A stretch of 64,000 bases of DNA from Rhodospirillaceae bacterium (GCA_963921305.4 CAWUEX030000003.1:258495-322494); one strand, 5' to 3'. Positions 36,947 to 46,513 are shown, counted from the stretch's first letter. Numbers and translations are program-made. The notes: generated by a model from the sequence alone, not told the origin.

Positions 36947-37573
36947 ATGAAAGACGATCATCAGCGTGAAACAATGCTACCCGCTGTAGAGAAGTTTGTC
37001 TCGGCCGTGCGCGGTATGTTTGCAGATGGCTTAACCGCGGACGAAGTCTGGCCGCGTGCATGCGATCATCTCAAGGAAATGTTGCGTGACCCTGACGTCA
37101 GGGAACATGCCAAAACGTGGCCAACAAGTCCTGCCAAACTGGGGCTTGAGGGCAAACACGCCAACCTTCTGTTTTATGAAGATTCTGACTACGGCTTTGT
37201 CATCAACGGCCTTATCAAAAAGCCGGATGCCAAAACAACGGTGCACGACCATGGCAAGTCCTGGACGCTGTACGGTGTAGTTGAAGGCGGCGAGCGCGTG
37301 CTCAGATTTGAACGCACCGACGGCGGTGAACCCGGCGACTTACCGGAAAGCGCCGTGGTTGAGGAAACCGATGTCGTGACCGTAGGCCCAGGTTATGTCG
37401 ACTTCATCAAGCCCTGGGAAATTCACGCGGAGTACAACGACAGCGCACCTACGGTCGCGGTTATCGTCCGCAGCCAACGCTGCGGTACCTACGTGCAAAA
37501 CATCTTTTATCAAAAGGATAATTCCGTAGAGCAGTACTACGGGCCGGATCAAATTCCCTTCCGGTTTGGTTAG
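36947..37573 (+). CDS. cupin-fold protein, cysteine-dioxygenase-type-I-like
   Basis: TTVHDHGKSWTLYGVVEGGE and a later WEIHAEYN. The layout parallels the IHDH...W...G motif of the 29026..29595 product. Confidence 0.45.
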   Translation: MKDDHQRETMLPAVEKFVSAVRGMFADGLTADEVWPRACDHLKEMLRDPDVREHAKTWPTSPAKLGLEGKHANLLFYEDSDYGFVINGLIKKPDAKTTVHDHGKSWTLYGVVEGGERVLRFERTDGGEPGDLPESAVVEETDVVTVGPGYVDFIKPWEIHAEYNDSAPTVAVIVRSQRCGTYVQNIFYQKDNSVEQYYGPDQIPFRFG

Positions 37574-37579
37574 GCGACG

Positions 37580-39007
37580 TTAGAGCACGTCCAGGACTTC
37601 AAACGCACAGCGCTCGCCGGACTCCATCGCGCCCTCCATGCCGCGGTTCGATGTCGCCGTGTGCTCGCCGCAGAAATGAATGCGCCCGGCGGACTGAGCC
37701 AGAACCGGCTGGAACCTGTGAACCTGTCCCGGCTCCCACTCCATCCAAGTACCACCGGCAAACCTGTCCATTGCCCAAGATTTATACCCGGCAGCTCGAA
37801 TTTTTCCTTTCGCTGCCGGACGGAGTTTCTCATATTCAGAGACGACCATCGCCTGCGCGGCCTCAGGACCAAGGCTATCGAGCCGGGCCGCGACATTGCC
37901 GCGGGACCGGGCAATCAATCCGGTGACTTCTGTGGACTCGGCATTCTGACGGAGGACACCGATCTGGCCGGCGGCTGTATCCGTCCACATGCCGGGGCCG
38001 AACCCGTCATCGTCCCAAAAAGGTTGCTCAGCAACGATAAATGTCTTGTTGATCATCATCGCCGGCAGAAGATCAATGGCCGCAGCTTTGCGCGGCGGCA
38101 GCAGCGGATCGAACCGCACCCAGCGGAGCGGTGGTAAAGGAGTAGAGTTAATTACGCGCGTCGCGTTGAACTTGGACCCATCCTCGCAATGCACCTCGAC
38201 ACCCGACGCGGTTTGGCGAAGTCCCGAGACCGCTTTGCCGAGATGGACATCGCCAGGCAGTTCCGCCGCCATGCGCTCGGGAATGCGTTGATTACCACCA
38301 ACGGCCTTAAGGGCGACATTCTCGATTTCGGTCTGCACTTTGTCCCAGCCGATGCGGAAGAACCACGTGAGGATCGAGCAATCGTGCGCCGACGTCCCAC
38401 GGCCGATATTGGTTTCATAGTTCTGCTGAATGGTTTGATCCGACCATCCCAGCCCGCGCAGAAACGCGTAGACCGAGCTGTCGTATTTTTCACTTTCCGG
38501 ATCAGTCCAGTCTTCAAAGGCTGCAAGTGGATTGTTGGCCTCGACCACCGACTCAAAAAACCGCCGGCCGGGAAACGCGTTCTTAGCGTCCTCCGGCATA
38601 TGATTGAGCGGATGGGACGGCCAGGCGTCGCGCGGAATGACGGATCCGCCCAACGCGATTTCGGTTTGTGAAAGACGACCACGCGCACGATGATCGACCA
38701 GGCGCAAACCCAACTGGTCAGCCATGTCGCGCATACGCCCGTAGCCGCCGAGGATGGAGTCACCACCGGCTTCAGGAGAACCTTCGAGATGGTTGTAACT
38801 CTCGATCCGGCCGCCGATGCGCTTGCGCCCTTCCAACACGGTGACGCGGACACCTTGCTCTGCCAGCAGCCGCGCCGCGTAAAGGCCGGACAGGCCCGCG
38901 CCTATGACGATGACATCGGCATCCGTTTGAGCGCGAGCAGGACGATGGCGAGTCACGACGCCCGCCGCCGCGAGCGAGCCAATAAATTCACGCCGCGCCA
39001 GGACCAT
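37580..39007 (-). CDS. Tat-exported flavin amine oxidase family protein (paralogue 1)
   Basis: Start at the ATG at 39007 (MVLARREFIGSLAAAG twin-arginine leader). DVIVIGAGLSGLYAA...VLEGRKRIGGR FAD motif. C-terminus HFCGEHTATSNRGMEGAMESGER. Confidence 0.8.
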   Translation of the reverse strand: MVLARREFIGSLAAAGVVTRHRPARAQTDADVIVIGAGLSGLYAARLLAEQGVRVTVLEGRKRIGGRIESYNHLEGSPEAGGDSILGGYGRMRDMADQLGLRLVDHRARGRLSQTEIALGGSVIPRDAWPSHPLNHMPEDAKNAFPGRRFFESVVEANNPLAAFEDWTDPESEKYDSSVYAFLRGLGWSDQTIQQNYETNIGRGTSAHDCSILTWFFRIGWDKVQTEIENVALKAVGGNQRIPERMAAELPGDVHLGKAVSGLRQTASGVEVHCEDGSKFNATRVINSTPLPPLRWVRFDPLLPPRKAAAIDLLPAMMINKTFIVAEQPFWDDDGFGPGMWTDTAAGQIGVLRQNAESTEVTGLIARSRGNVAARLDSLGPEAAQAMVVSEYEKLRPAAKGKIRAAGYKSWAMDRFAGGTWMEWEPGQVHRFQPVLAQSAGRIHFCGEHTATSNRGMEGAMESGERCAFEVLDVL

Positions 39008-39011
39008 CGGC

Positions 39012-40469
39012 TTAAATCGCGTCGAGAACTTCAAACGCGGCGCGTTCGCCGGACTCCATAGCGCCTTCCATACCGCGGTTCGATGTCGCGGTATGTTCAC
39101 CGCAGAAATGCAGGCGGCTTGCGGGTTCCATGATCGCTTTGACCATCGTCGTCACGGTTCCGGGCGACCAGACCGCCCAATCACCCGCTGCGAAGGGGTC
39201 CGACTGCCACGACTTGATACCGGCCAACTCGAGTTTGCCTTTGGCAGCCGGGCGTATGGTCTCATAGTCCTCAAGCACCCGGGCCATCGCTTCCTCATCG
39301 CCCATCGCATCGAGTTTATCGGCCAAATGACCACGCCCCCAGGCCATCAGGCAGGTAATCTTGTTGGCGTCTTCCCCTTCCCGGAGGGCGCGGACCTCGC
39401 CGCAGTCTGTATCCGTCCACATGGCGGGGCTAAAGCCGTCTTCTTCCCAGAAAGGCTCTTTTGGCACCAGGATCACCTTGGTAATTTTCTGGACCGGGAC
39501 CGTCTGAATGGCCTGCGATTTGAGAGATGGCAGAATCGGATCAAACTTAAGCCAGCGCATGGTTGGGATGGGCATTGAGCAAACGACACGCTTAGCGCGG
39601 TGCATGCTGCCATCCCGGCACTGAACTTCCGCCATGCCGCCATCCTGGCGAATGCCGATGACCTCTTTGCCGAGCAGAACCTCTCGCGACAATGAGGCCG
39701 CCATGGCTTCTGGAATACTTTGGTTCCCACCAGGTGCCTTGAAGGCCACCCGGTCTAGTTCGCCCTGCAGCTTGAACCACGCCTGGGTGAAGAACCACAT
39801 CAGCGCCGAGATATCGTGGGCCGACGTGCCGTACTGAACATTAGTGTTGTAGTTCAGTTCAATGGCTTCATCGCTCCAGCCGATCTCCTTAAACACGTCG
39901 TATATCGACGTATCGAACTGAGCGCTGTCAGCGTCCAGCCAATCTTCAAAGGCATCCAGCGGATTGTGCTCGCCGATGACAGCCTGGAAATAACCACGAC
40001 CGGGGAAACGATTCTTCGCCCCGTCGGGCATTTTGTTAAGCGGATGCGTCGGCCACTCTTCCATGGGAATGACCTGGCCCTGCAGCGCCAGCATGGTGTT
40101 GGTCGGATCCTTGTGGGCTTCCGGCGACAGGTCACGGCGGGCCTGATGGTCGACAAGTTCAACACCGAGGCGCGCGGACACATCTTGCATGCGCCCGTAA
40201 CCACCTAAGATCGAGTCCCCGCCCCATTCTGGGTTTCCTTCGACGTCGCGCGCGCTGAACAGACGGCCACCTAGTCTATCCCGCCCTTCAAGGACTTGGA
40301 CGGACACGCCAGATTCCTCAAGAAGCATGGCCGTATACAGACCCGATAATCCAGCGCCGATCACAATGACGTCCGTATCCGTGGCCGCCCTTGCATATCT
40401 GCTGCCCAGGGAACCCGCTACTGCCGCCGTCGCGCTGGTCTTGAGGATTGTCCGCCGAGAAATGGTCAT
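39012..40469 (-). CDS. Tat-exported flavin amine oxidase family protein (paralogue 2)
   Basis: MTISRRTILKTSATAAVAG leader with the same FAD and C-terminal motifs. Its stop is 4 nt from the paralogue 1 start. Confidence 0.8.
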   Translation of the reverse strand: MTISRRTILKTSATAAVAGSLGSRYARAATDTDVIVIGAGLSGLYTAMLLEESGVSVQVLEGRDRLGGRLFSARDVEGNPEWGGDSILGGYGRMQDVSARLGVELVDHQARRDLSPEAHKDPTNTMLALQGQVIPMEEWPTHPLNKMPDGAKNRFPGRGYFQAVIGEHNPLDAFEDWLDADSAQFDTSIYDVFKEIGWSDEAIELNYNTNVQYGTSAHDISALMWFFTQAWFKLQGELDRVAFKAPGGNQSIPEAMAASLSREVLLGKEVIGIRQDGGMAEVQCRDGSMHRAKRVVCSMPIPTMRWLKFDPILPSLKSQAIQTVPVQKITKVILVPKEPFWEEDGFSPAMWTDTDCGEVRALREGEDANKITCLMAWGRGHLADKLDAMGDEEAMARVLEDYETIRPAAKGKLELAGIKSWQSDPFAAGDWAVWSPGTVTTMVKAIMEPASRLHFCGEHTATSNRGMEGAMESGERAAFEVLDAI

Positions 40470-40620
40470 AGTGCGCTCCTATCCGTTTGAACCATGGTAC
40501 CGCTAGGGCTCAATCTTTGACCAGATGGCCATTTCGCTTACTCGCCTAGTGATATTAGGGGTTGGAAATCACCAGGCAGAACCGAGTAAGGTGCCCCCCT
40601 GCCTGAGGACACTGCCATCT

Positions 40621-41784
40621 ATGACCCTAGCCGCCTGCTACAATATTGCCGACCTAAGAGCAAAAGCCCGCCGGCGCCTTCCCTCGCCGATCTTCAACTA
40701 TCTGGACGGTGGTGCGGATGACGAAGTCACGCTCAGACGCAACACGAGCGCGTTCGATGACTATGAGCTTTTGCCAAATTATCTGACTGATACATCAGCG
40801 ATCGACCTGAAAACAAAGGCACTGGGCGTGACGCTCGACATGCCGCTGTTCCTCTCTCCGACCGGAATGTCGAAGCTGTTCCATCACACCGGTGAACCGG
40901 CGGTCGCGCGCGCGGCGCACACCTTCGGCACCCTGTATGGCCTGTCGACGTTGTCGACAACTTCAATTGAGGATGTCGCAGCGGCGACGCCCGGCCCGAA
41001 GATGTTTCAAATCTACGTCTATAAAGACCGTGGCCTCACCAAAGAGTTCGTCGAGCGCTGCAAGGCGGCTGGCTATACCGCGATCTGTCTAACCGTTGAC
41101 GTGCCCGTCCCGGGTAACCGGGAACGAGACTTCCGCACGGGCATGACCATTCCACCGAAGTTTGGGGTATCCAGCTTGATGAGTTTCGCGCTTCATCCCC
41201 GATGGAGTTGGCACGCCATACGCGATGCGAATTTCGACCTGGCCAACGTCACGGACCGTGGCGACCTCAGCGTCAAAGGGAAGCCGGTGTCGGTTATTCA
41301 GTACCTGAATGATCAGATCGACCGCACGGTGACATGGAAGGATGCCGAGTGGCTCGCCCAGGAATGGGGCGGACAATTTCTGATCAAAGGGGTGCACTCC
41401 GTTACCGATGCCAAACGTGCTTCAGAGATCGGCGCCCATGGGATCATGGTCTCCAACCATGGCGGCCGTCAGCTCGACGGCGTTCCTTCGTGCATTGATG
41501 CCCTGGGTCCAATCGCCGATGCCGTTGGCGGGGAGCTTGAGATCATCCTAGATGGTGGTGTACGGCGCGGCTCCCACGTCATCAAAGCCTTGGCGCAAGG
41601 CGCAACAGCGTGTTCAATCGGGCGATCCTACCTCTATGGCCTCAGCGCCGGCGGACAACCCGGCGTCGAGCGCGCCCTCACCCTTCTGCGCAGCGAAATT
41701 GAACGGTGTATGGCGTTGTTGGGCGTGACTAAGATCGAGCAGATCACATCCGACCTCATTCAAAGGCGATGGCAAGCTGGTTAG
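40621..41784 (+). CDS. FMN-dependent alpha-hydroxy acid oxidase/dehydrogenase (glycolate oxidase / LldD family)
   Basis: Start at the ATG at 40621 (MTLAACYNIADLRAKARRRLP..FNYLDGGADDE). SNHGGRQLDG motif. Confidence 0.85.
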   Translation: MTLAACYNIADLRAKARRRLPSPIFNYLDGGADDEVTLRRNTSAFDDYELLPNYLTDTSAIDLKTKALGVTLDMPLFLSPTGMSKLFHHTGEPAVARAAHTFGTLYGLSTLSTTSIEDVAAATPGPKMFQIYVYKDRGLTKEFVERCKAAGYTAICLTVDVPVPGNRERDFRTGMTIPPKFGVSSLMSFALHPRWSWHAIRDANFDLANVTDRGDLSVKGKPVSVIQYLNDQIDRTVTWKDAEWLAQEWGGQFLIKGVHSVTDAKRASEIGAHGIMVSNHGGRQLDGVPSCIDALGPIADAVGGELEIILDGGVRRGSHVIKALAQGATACSIGRSYLYGLSAGGQPGVERALTLLRSEIERCMALLGVTKIEQITSDLIQRRWQAG

Positions 41785-42902
41785 TGCTTCTGCGCGACAG
41801 CAATGAACCAGTGCAAGCTTTGATCGAGTTGCTGGAACTTACCTTCCCACACGTGGTCCGCATCAAAACCGGCGTCGATGAGCATCCGAGCAGGCTCATT
41901 TGTTGCGTAGACGCGCCAATACGGTTCGTTGTTGTTGATCTGGTCCCAACCGCGATGAAATTGCATCCACGGTGAGTACTCGTTGAACCGGATATTCACA
42001 TCGAGATGAAAGGCGATCCCGCCTAGGCGTAGGAGCCGGAAGCTCTCGTGCATCATTCCCGCCGTTGTTTTGTGAGGGAACTCATGCATAGCGTTGTTTG
42101 ACATCACCAGATCGAACGACCCGTCATCAAAACCGGTATCCGCAGCATCCCGTTGATGAAAATGCACCGGCGCGCCCATGGCCTCTGCACGCGCATGAGC
42201 GTACCTCAGAATAGACGGCGCTATATCGATGCCATGCACTTCAGCGTCCGGAAACGCCAGTGCATAGGGCACGGTCGAAGAGCCAGCAGAGCAGCCGATG
42301 TCGAGAATCCTCTTGGGCGTAAAATCGGGATACCGCTCACGCAAAAAACGGATGCCGACCTCTCCCTTACTCTCCGACTGCCCGACGCCGCGACCGGTGG
42401 TGTAGAGGTTCCCGCCGTATTCATAAAACGCTCCAGCCAGAACGTCGTCCTCGCCGTAATCGGCGCAGTAGCCGCCTGGCTGCAGGTGAATGTCGACCTC
42501 CCGCATGCCACGAGGCAGCTCCAAAGCGGGGTCAAGCTTAAGCGATCCAAGGCGCGCGTTCGATTTTGAGAGACGGCTGAACGTCCCGGAGAGACGATCC
42601 CGCTCGCGGTAGATTGTGTCCGCAGCGGCATCCCACATCATCTCCTGACCGGTGCGATGGAGCCGGCTGAACATTTGATAGGCCGGATCGGCCCACATGA
42701 CGGAACCAATGTCCTGCTGGGATTTCGGTTCATGGCCGTGGCGCCGCATAAACTCTGGCCTTGCCCGGCGTTCGTAGATGTCCTCGTTGCGCGCGCGCAC
42801 GTGATCACGGATGTAATCCTTGAGCGACAACGTGTAGTGCTGCCGGGCCCGTTCATCATGAACGGGACGCGCGAGCATTTCATGGACGGGGTTTCGTACC
42901 AT
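41781..42902 (-). CDS. class I SAM-dependent methyltransferase with an unassigned N-terminal region of about 190 aa
   Basis: Motif I ILDIGCSAGSS, followed by HGIDIAPS and FDLVMSNNAMHE. Confidence 0.7.
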   Translation of the reverse strand: MVRNPVHEMLARPVHDERARQHYTLSLKDYIRDHVRARNEDIYERRARPEFMRRHGHEPKSQQDIGSVMWADPAYQMFSRLHRTGQEMMWDAAADTIYRERDRLSGTFSRLSKSNARLGSLKLDPALELPRGMREVDIHLQPGGYCADYGEDDVLAGAFYEYGGNLYTTGRGVGQSESKGEVGIRFLRERYPDFTPKRILDIGCSAGSSTVPYALAFPDAEVHGIDIAPSILRYAHARAEAMGAPVHFHQRDAADTGFDDGSFDLVMSNNAMHEFPHKTTAGMMHESFRLLRLGGIAFHLDVNIRFNEYSPWMQFHRGWDQINNNEPYWRVYATNEPARMLIDAGFDADHVWEGKFQQLDQSLHWFIAVAQKH

Positions 42903-42968
42903 CAGGCGTTTCCCAGCCGCGAGGATGACTTAAAAGGTAAGGAAATTCTTCAACGGGCTAAAGCTCCG

Positions 42969-44030
42969 TTAGTCCGTCTCGCTCAATAGCCGGACACGAG
43001 AAATGCGGTCACCGAACACTGTGCCAAAGTACAAGTCGCCGTCACGCTGAAGCGCTACGGACGCGCCGGGAATTTGCCCCGCATCGTGGGAAAAGATTAC
43101 GTTTTGCTCATCGGTCTGGGGATCAACAGCCACGACCGCGAACGGGAAGCTGCAAGGCTTGCCTCCTGCGCCACGGCACCCACTGGTGCCAATCAAGGGC
43201 AGGCCGGTATGCCCGACCGCAAGAATGCGCCCATCTTCGGACCACGTGATGTTGTCGCTTTGAACAGGAATGCGAAGTTTGCGCCCGCCACTCCCATCTA
43301 GCTTGGCGATCGACAGAGTCTGCCCGTAGGTCGCTCCGACGAGTACGTCGCCAGTGCGTTCGTCATATTCGATTCCGTTGGGAAAGGACGCGTCGCTGCC
43401 GGGCACCTTCTGCCACCCGTTACCGGGACTCCACGCAACGGCATACCCCGTGTCCAGGCCGAGAAAAAACTTAACCGTCTGCCACGTCGAACGGGGCGGC
43501 GGATACATGTGGCTGAAAACGAAGCCGTTACCTTCAGTCGCTGCAACATCATTGGGCAGATAGGTGCCCGGAACAGTGACGCAGCTCTGCCACATGAGCT
43601 GCGGAACGTCGTCTCTAAGTTCGACCCTATAGCGCTCTATGCGCTGCGGCTCCGAGCCGTTGACGACGAGAAGGCGGAATCCTCCATCTGCCAGGTCAGA
43701 CAGATGAAAACCACGGGGTCTAAAGATAGACGGCGGAGACTCACACGTCCCAGCTTGTGCGTCCGGCGCGATTTCTGCCTCCAGCCGAAGGACCTCACCA
43801 TCGGCTGGGTCGAGCGCAACGATGGCGCCCGCCCTTTCACCCCCACCTAACTCGCTGACAAGGATCCAACGGGAATCGCCAAGAGATTCTAAATCCTCCG
43901 GCTTCCCGAACCCACAATAGGTTTGGACGGTATCGCTAGACTCGCAGCCATCGATCATCATCGGATCACAGGCCGCTAGTGCCATTAGCGCAACGAGTGC
44001 CGTTCCGGCACTAACGAATGTACGTGCCAT
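42969..44030 (-). CDS. lipoprotein, probable six-bladed beta-propeller (SMP-30/gluconolactonase/paraoxonase-like)
   Basis: Start at the ATG at 44030, preceded by AGGAGG. Lipobox LMALAAC. NGIEYDERTGDVLVGATYGQ and GDLYFGTVFGDRISRV resemble SGL-type blades. Confidence 0.45.
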   Translation of the reverse strand: MARTFVSAGTALVALMALAACDPMMIDGCESSDTVQTYCGFGKPEDLESLGDSRWILVSELGGGERAGAIVALDPADGEVLRLEAEIAPDAQAGTCESPPSIFRPRGFHLSDLADGGFRLLVVNGSEPQRIERYRVELRDDVPQLMWQSCVTVPGTYLPNDVAATEGNGFVFSHMYPPPRSTWQTVKFFLGLDTGYAVAWSPGNGWQKVPGSDASFPNGIEYDERTGDVLVGATYGQTLSIAKLDGSGGRKLRIPVQSDNITWSEDGRILAVGHTGLPLIGTSGCRGAGGKPCSFPFAVVAVDPQTDEQNVIFSHDAGQIPGASVALQRDGDLYFGTVFGDRISRVRLLSETD

Positions 44031-44040
44031 GCTTCGCCTC

Positions 44041-45555
44041 CTAATCGGCGATGACAAGCTCTTCAAAAACGATTCCTGTGGGCCGGGACACGAGCCCTTC
44101 GATACGGCTGTTGAACGCTGTCGTATAAACCGCATTGGTCAGCCAGATCGCCGGCGCCAGGTCATGAAGCCGCGCCATAATATCTTGCAACAGGACCTCA
44201 CGTTTCGCTGGGTCCATCTCAGCATTTGACTGATGAATGAGGTCGACCATGTCCGGTTCACAGAAGAACGGCTGGTTGCGGATGCAGGAGAAATATTCGA
44301 TTGGCCGGATGGGATCCTGAAAAGCGGCGTTGTTCCAGATCAGATGAAAGGCGTCGACCTCACCCCATTCAGATACCGCGTATTTGCGCGAATACTCAGA
44401 AAACGGAATGGCTCTTAGAGTGACGTCCAGACCCACGGCCTGTAAATCCTGCGCGACTTTTTGGTACATCAGTCCGTCCGGAGTCGTGCTATCCGTGACG
44501 ACTTCTACCAACAAATCAAACCCCTCCGGATAGCCCGCCTCGGCAAGAAGAGTCCGGGCGAGATCGGGATCATAGGTAAAAGGCTGTAAATTAGGATTGT
44601 ACCCGACCGTATTGCGAGTCACTCCCTGGCTCGCCACGTCAGCATAGCCAAACATAATGAAGTCAGCGATCGCCTGCTTGTCGACCGCATGGTTGAGAGC
44701 ACGCCGAACGCGCACATCATGCAAAGGATGATCTTCCCCATGTAGATTGTTGGGTAAAGCGATCGACTTCACCTGTGGATTGGGCTGCACATCAACGGTA
44801 TAGCCCAAACCTTCAACCACGCTGACGTCATCAACGTGAAGGCCCGTCACGATATCGACTTGATCGGAGACGAGAGCCTGAATGCGTGATGTCTTATCAG
44901 CGACAAGGCGGTACTGGATTGACGTGACGGACTCGGGCGCGCGCCAGGAGCCGGAAAATGCCTCCAACTCGGCAGCTGCATTTCCGCGACCGAACGTTTT
45001 TAGCTTGTAGGGGCCGGTGCCAACGGGGGCTACGGTATATCCATCCACCCCGATCTCATCCCACAACTCGGTGTCGATGAGCATCAAGGTGGCCAGGCGT
45101 TTCGGAAGAATCGCATCTGGCAGAGATGTCGTGATTTCGACCGTATAGTCATCGACTGCGCGGGCGCCGGAGATCAGAGCCAATTCATTTGGAATGAGGT
45201 AACGGGCCATCTCCTCACGCTTGATCAACTCAATGAGCTTGACCACACTCTCCGCCTTAAACGGCTTGCCGGTGTGATAGGTCACGTTCCGGCGCAGGTT
45301 GAATACCCAGGTTGTCGGCGTGGTGTTTTCCCAGGATGTTGCAAGAGCAGGCTGCGGACCGCCCGTCCAATCAAGCCGGGTCAAACCATCGTAGATTGAC
45401 CACCACAACTCCGCTGAGGGCTGGCTGGCTCCTGTAAATGGATTGCCAAGAGTCGGGGGGAAAGAAGCAACTGCAACGCGGAGTGAGGTTGCCGTGACGC
45501 TCAACGGAACAAGAAATACGAGGATAGCAAACGCGGCGATCACAAATCGAGGCAT
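44041..45555 (-). CDS. ABC-transporter substrate-binding protein, family 5 (peptide/nickel type)
   Basis: Signal peptide MPRFVIAAFAILVFLVPLSV and family 5 SBP-like sequence throughout. No permease or ATPase genes are adjacent. Confidence 0.8.
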   Translation of the reverse strand: MPRFVIAAFAILVFLVPLSVTATSLRVAVASFPPTLGNPFTGASQPSAELWWSIYDGLTRLDWTGGPQPALATSWENTTPTTWVFNLRRNVTYHTGKPFKAESVVKLIELIKREEMARYLIPNELALISGARAVDDYTVEITTSLPDAILPKRLATLMLIDTELWDEIGVDGYTVAPVGTGPYKLKTFGRGNAAAELEAFSGSWRAPESVTSIQYRLVADKTSRIQALVSDQVDIVTGLHVDDVSVVEGLGYTVDVQPNPQVKSIALPNNLHGEDHPLHDVRVRRALNHAVDKQAIADFIMFGYADVASQGVTRNTVGYNPNLQPFTYDPDLARTLLAEAGYPEGFDLLVEVVTDSTTPDGLMYQKVAQDLQAVGLDVTLRAIPFSEYSRKYAVSEWGEVDAFHLIWNNAAFQDPIRPIEYFSCIRNQPFFCEPDMVDLIHQSNAEMDPAKREVLLQDIMARLHDLAPAIWLTNAVYTTAFNSRIEGLVSRPTGIVFEELVIAD

Positions 45556-45687
45556 GCAAGGTTTCTTTCTTCTATGCGGCATGTCCAAAACCAACCAGAG
45601 GTTCGCCGAGCCGTCGTTCGCTGCTAAGTATAGCAATCCGTGTCTTTATTCTGGTTCTGCAGTCTAGATGTCCAAGGAGATGATGTC

Positions 45688-46506
45688 ATGATCTCTCGCC
45701 GCACAACCGCTCAAGCAACAGCGACCGCTCTATTCGGTCTGCTTTCCGCAAACTCAATCGCGAAAAAAGCGCGGGCGCAAGAACGCCAGACATTTGTTTT
45801 GGTGCACGGCGCCTGGCACGGCGGGTGGTGCTGGCGGGACGTGCGGCAGATGCTGGAGAACCAAGGACACCGGGTCTTTACGCCGACACTCACCGGCTTA
45901 GGTGAGAAAAGCCACCTGCGCCCCCCCGATGTAACGCTGGACACCCACATCCAGGACATTGTCAACCTATTCACTTGGGAAGAACTGAGCGACGTCATCC
46001 TTGTTGGCCACAGCTATGGCGGGGTGGTCATAAGTGGTGTTTGCGACGCGATGAAAGACCGTATCAAGCATGCAGTTTTTCTCGACGCCATTGTCCCGAA
46101 AGACGGCGATACCGTATTGCCCGGCGGCACGAAGGAGATTGCTGAAGAACGCTTCGGACCACTGATCGATGGTTATCTTGCACCAGCGCGAGAACCTGTA
46201 TCCTTTGGAATTCCGGACAATATGCCCGAGGCTTTGGCCTGGGTTCGCCGGCGGGTTACGCCCCAACTTCTTGGCACATGGATCACCCCCATCCGCCTGC
46301 CTAACGGTGGATCGGACGGTGTTCCCCGCACTTTCATTTATTGTTCGGACAAACCGGCGCTGTCACCAGCACAAGTCGTGAGACTGGACGGGTTCAAAGC
46401 AGATACTTCTTGGAACTATGCGGAACTGCCGTGCGGCCACGACGCAATGGTGATCCTGCCCACCGAGACAGCAGAGATGTTCGAGCAGATCGCGATCGCT
46501 GGCTAA
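45688..46506 (+). CDS. alpha/beta hydrolase (SABP2/methylesterase-like), probable Tat signal
   Basis: ATG at 45688 preceded by AAGGAGA. MISRRTTAQATATALFG leader. FVLVHGAWHGGWCW and the nucleophile elbow LVGHSYGG. Confidence 0.75.
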   Translation: MISRRTTAQATATALFGLLSANSIAKKARAQERQTFVLVHGAWHGGWCWRDVRQMLENQGHRVFTPTLTGLGEKSHLRPPDVTLDTHIQDIVNLFTWEELSDVILVGHSYGGVVISGVCDAMKDRIKHAVFLDAIVPKDGDTVLPGGTKEIAEERFGPLIDGYLAPAREPVSFGIPDNMPEALAWVRRRVTPQLLGTWITPIRLPNGGSDGVPRTFIYCSDKPALSPAQVVRLDGFKADTSWNYAELPCGHDAMVILPTETAEMFEQIAIAG

Positions 46507-46513
46507 GCTTTTC

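Noticed and set aside
36756-36950. 64-aa ORF in the intergenic region upstream of the cupin gene
   Set aside because: It has no RBS and no recognisable sequence, and it overlaps the cupin start. It is more likely promoter or 5'-UTR DNA.
37570-37914. Recurring peptide ...RTA(V/A)WKA(L/R)WSP... in ORFs 37570..37914 and 50872..51159 and in the N-terminal extension of 37580..39100. At first sight it looked like a repeated small gene.
   Set aside because: These are the same alternative frame read across the highly similar 3' ends (…GEHTATSNRGMEGAMESGER…) of the three amine oxidase paralogues. The repetition is explained by paralogy, not by a separate element.
38152-38853. 233-aa alternative-frame ORF inside amine oxidase paralogue 1
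   Set aside because: It is out of frame with a gene that has clear FAD motifs and two paralogues. The translation is Arg/Ser/Ala-rich with no motifs.
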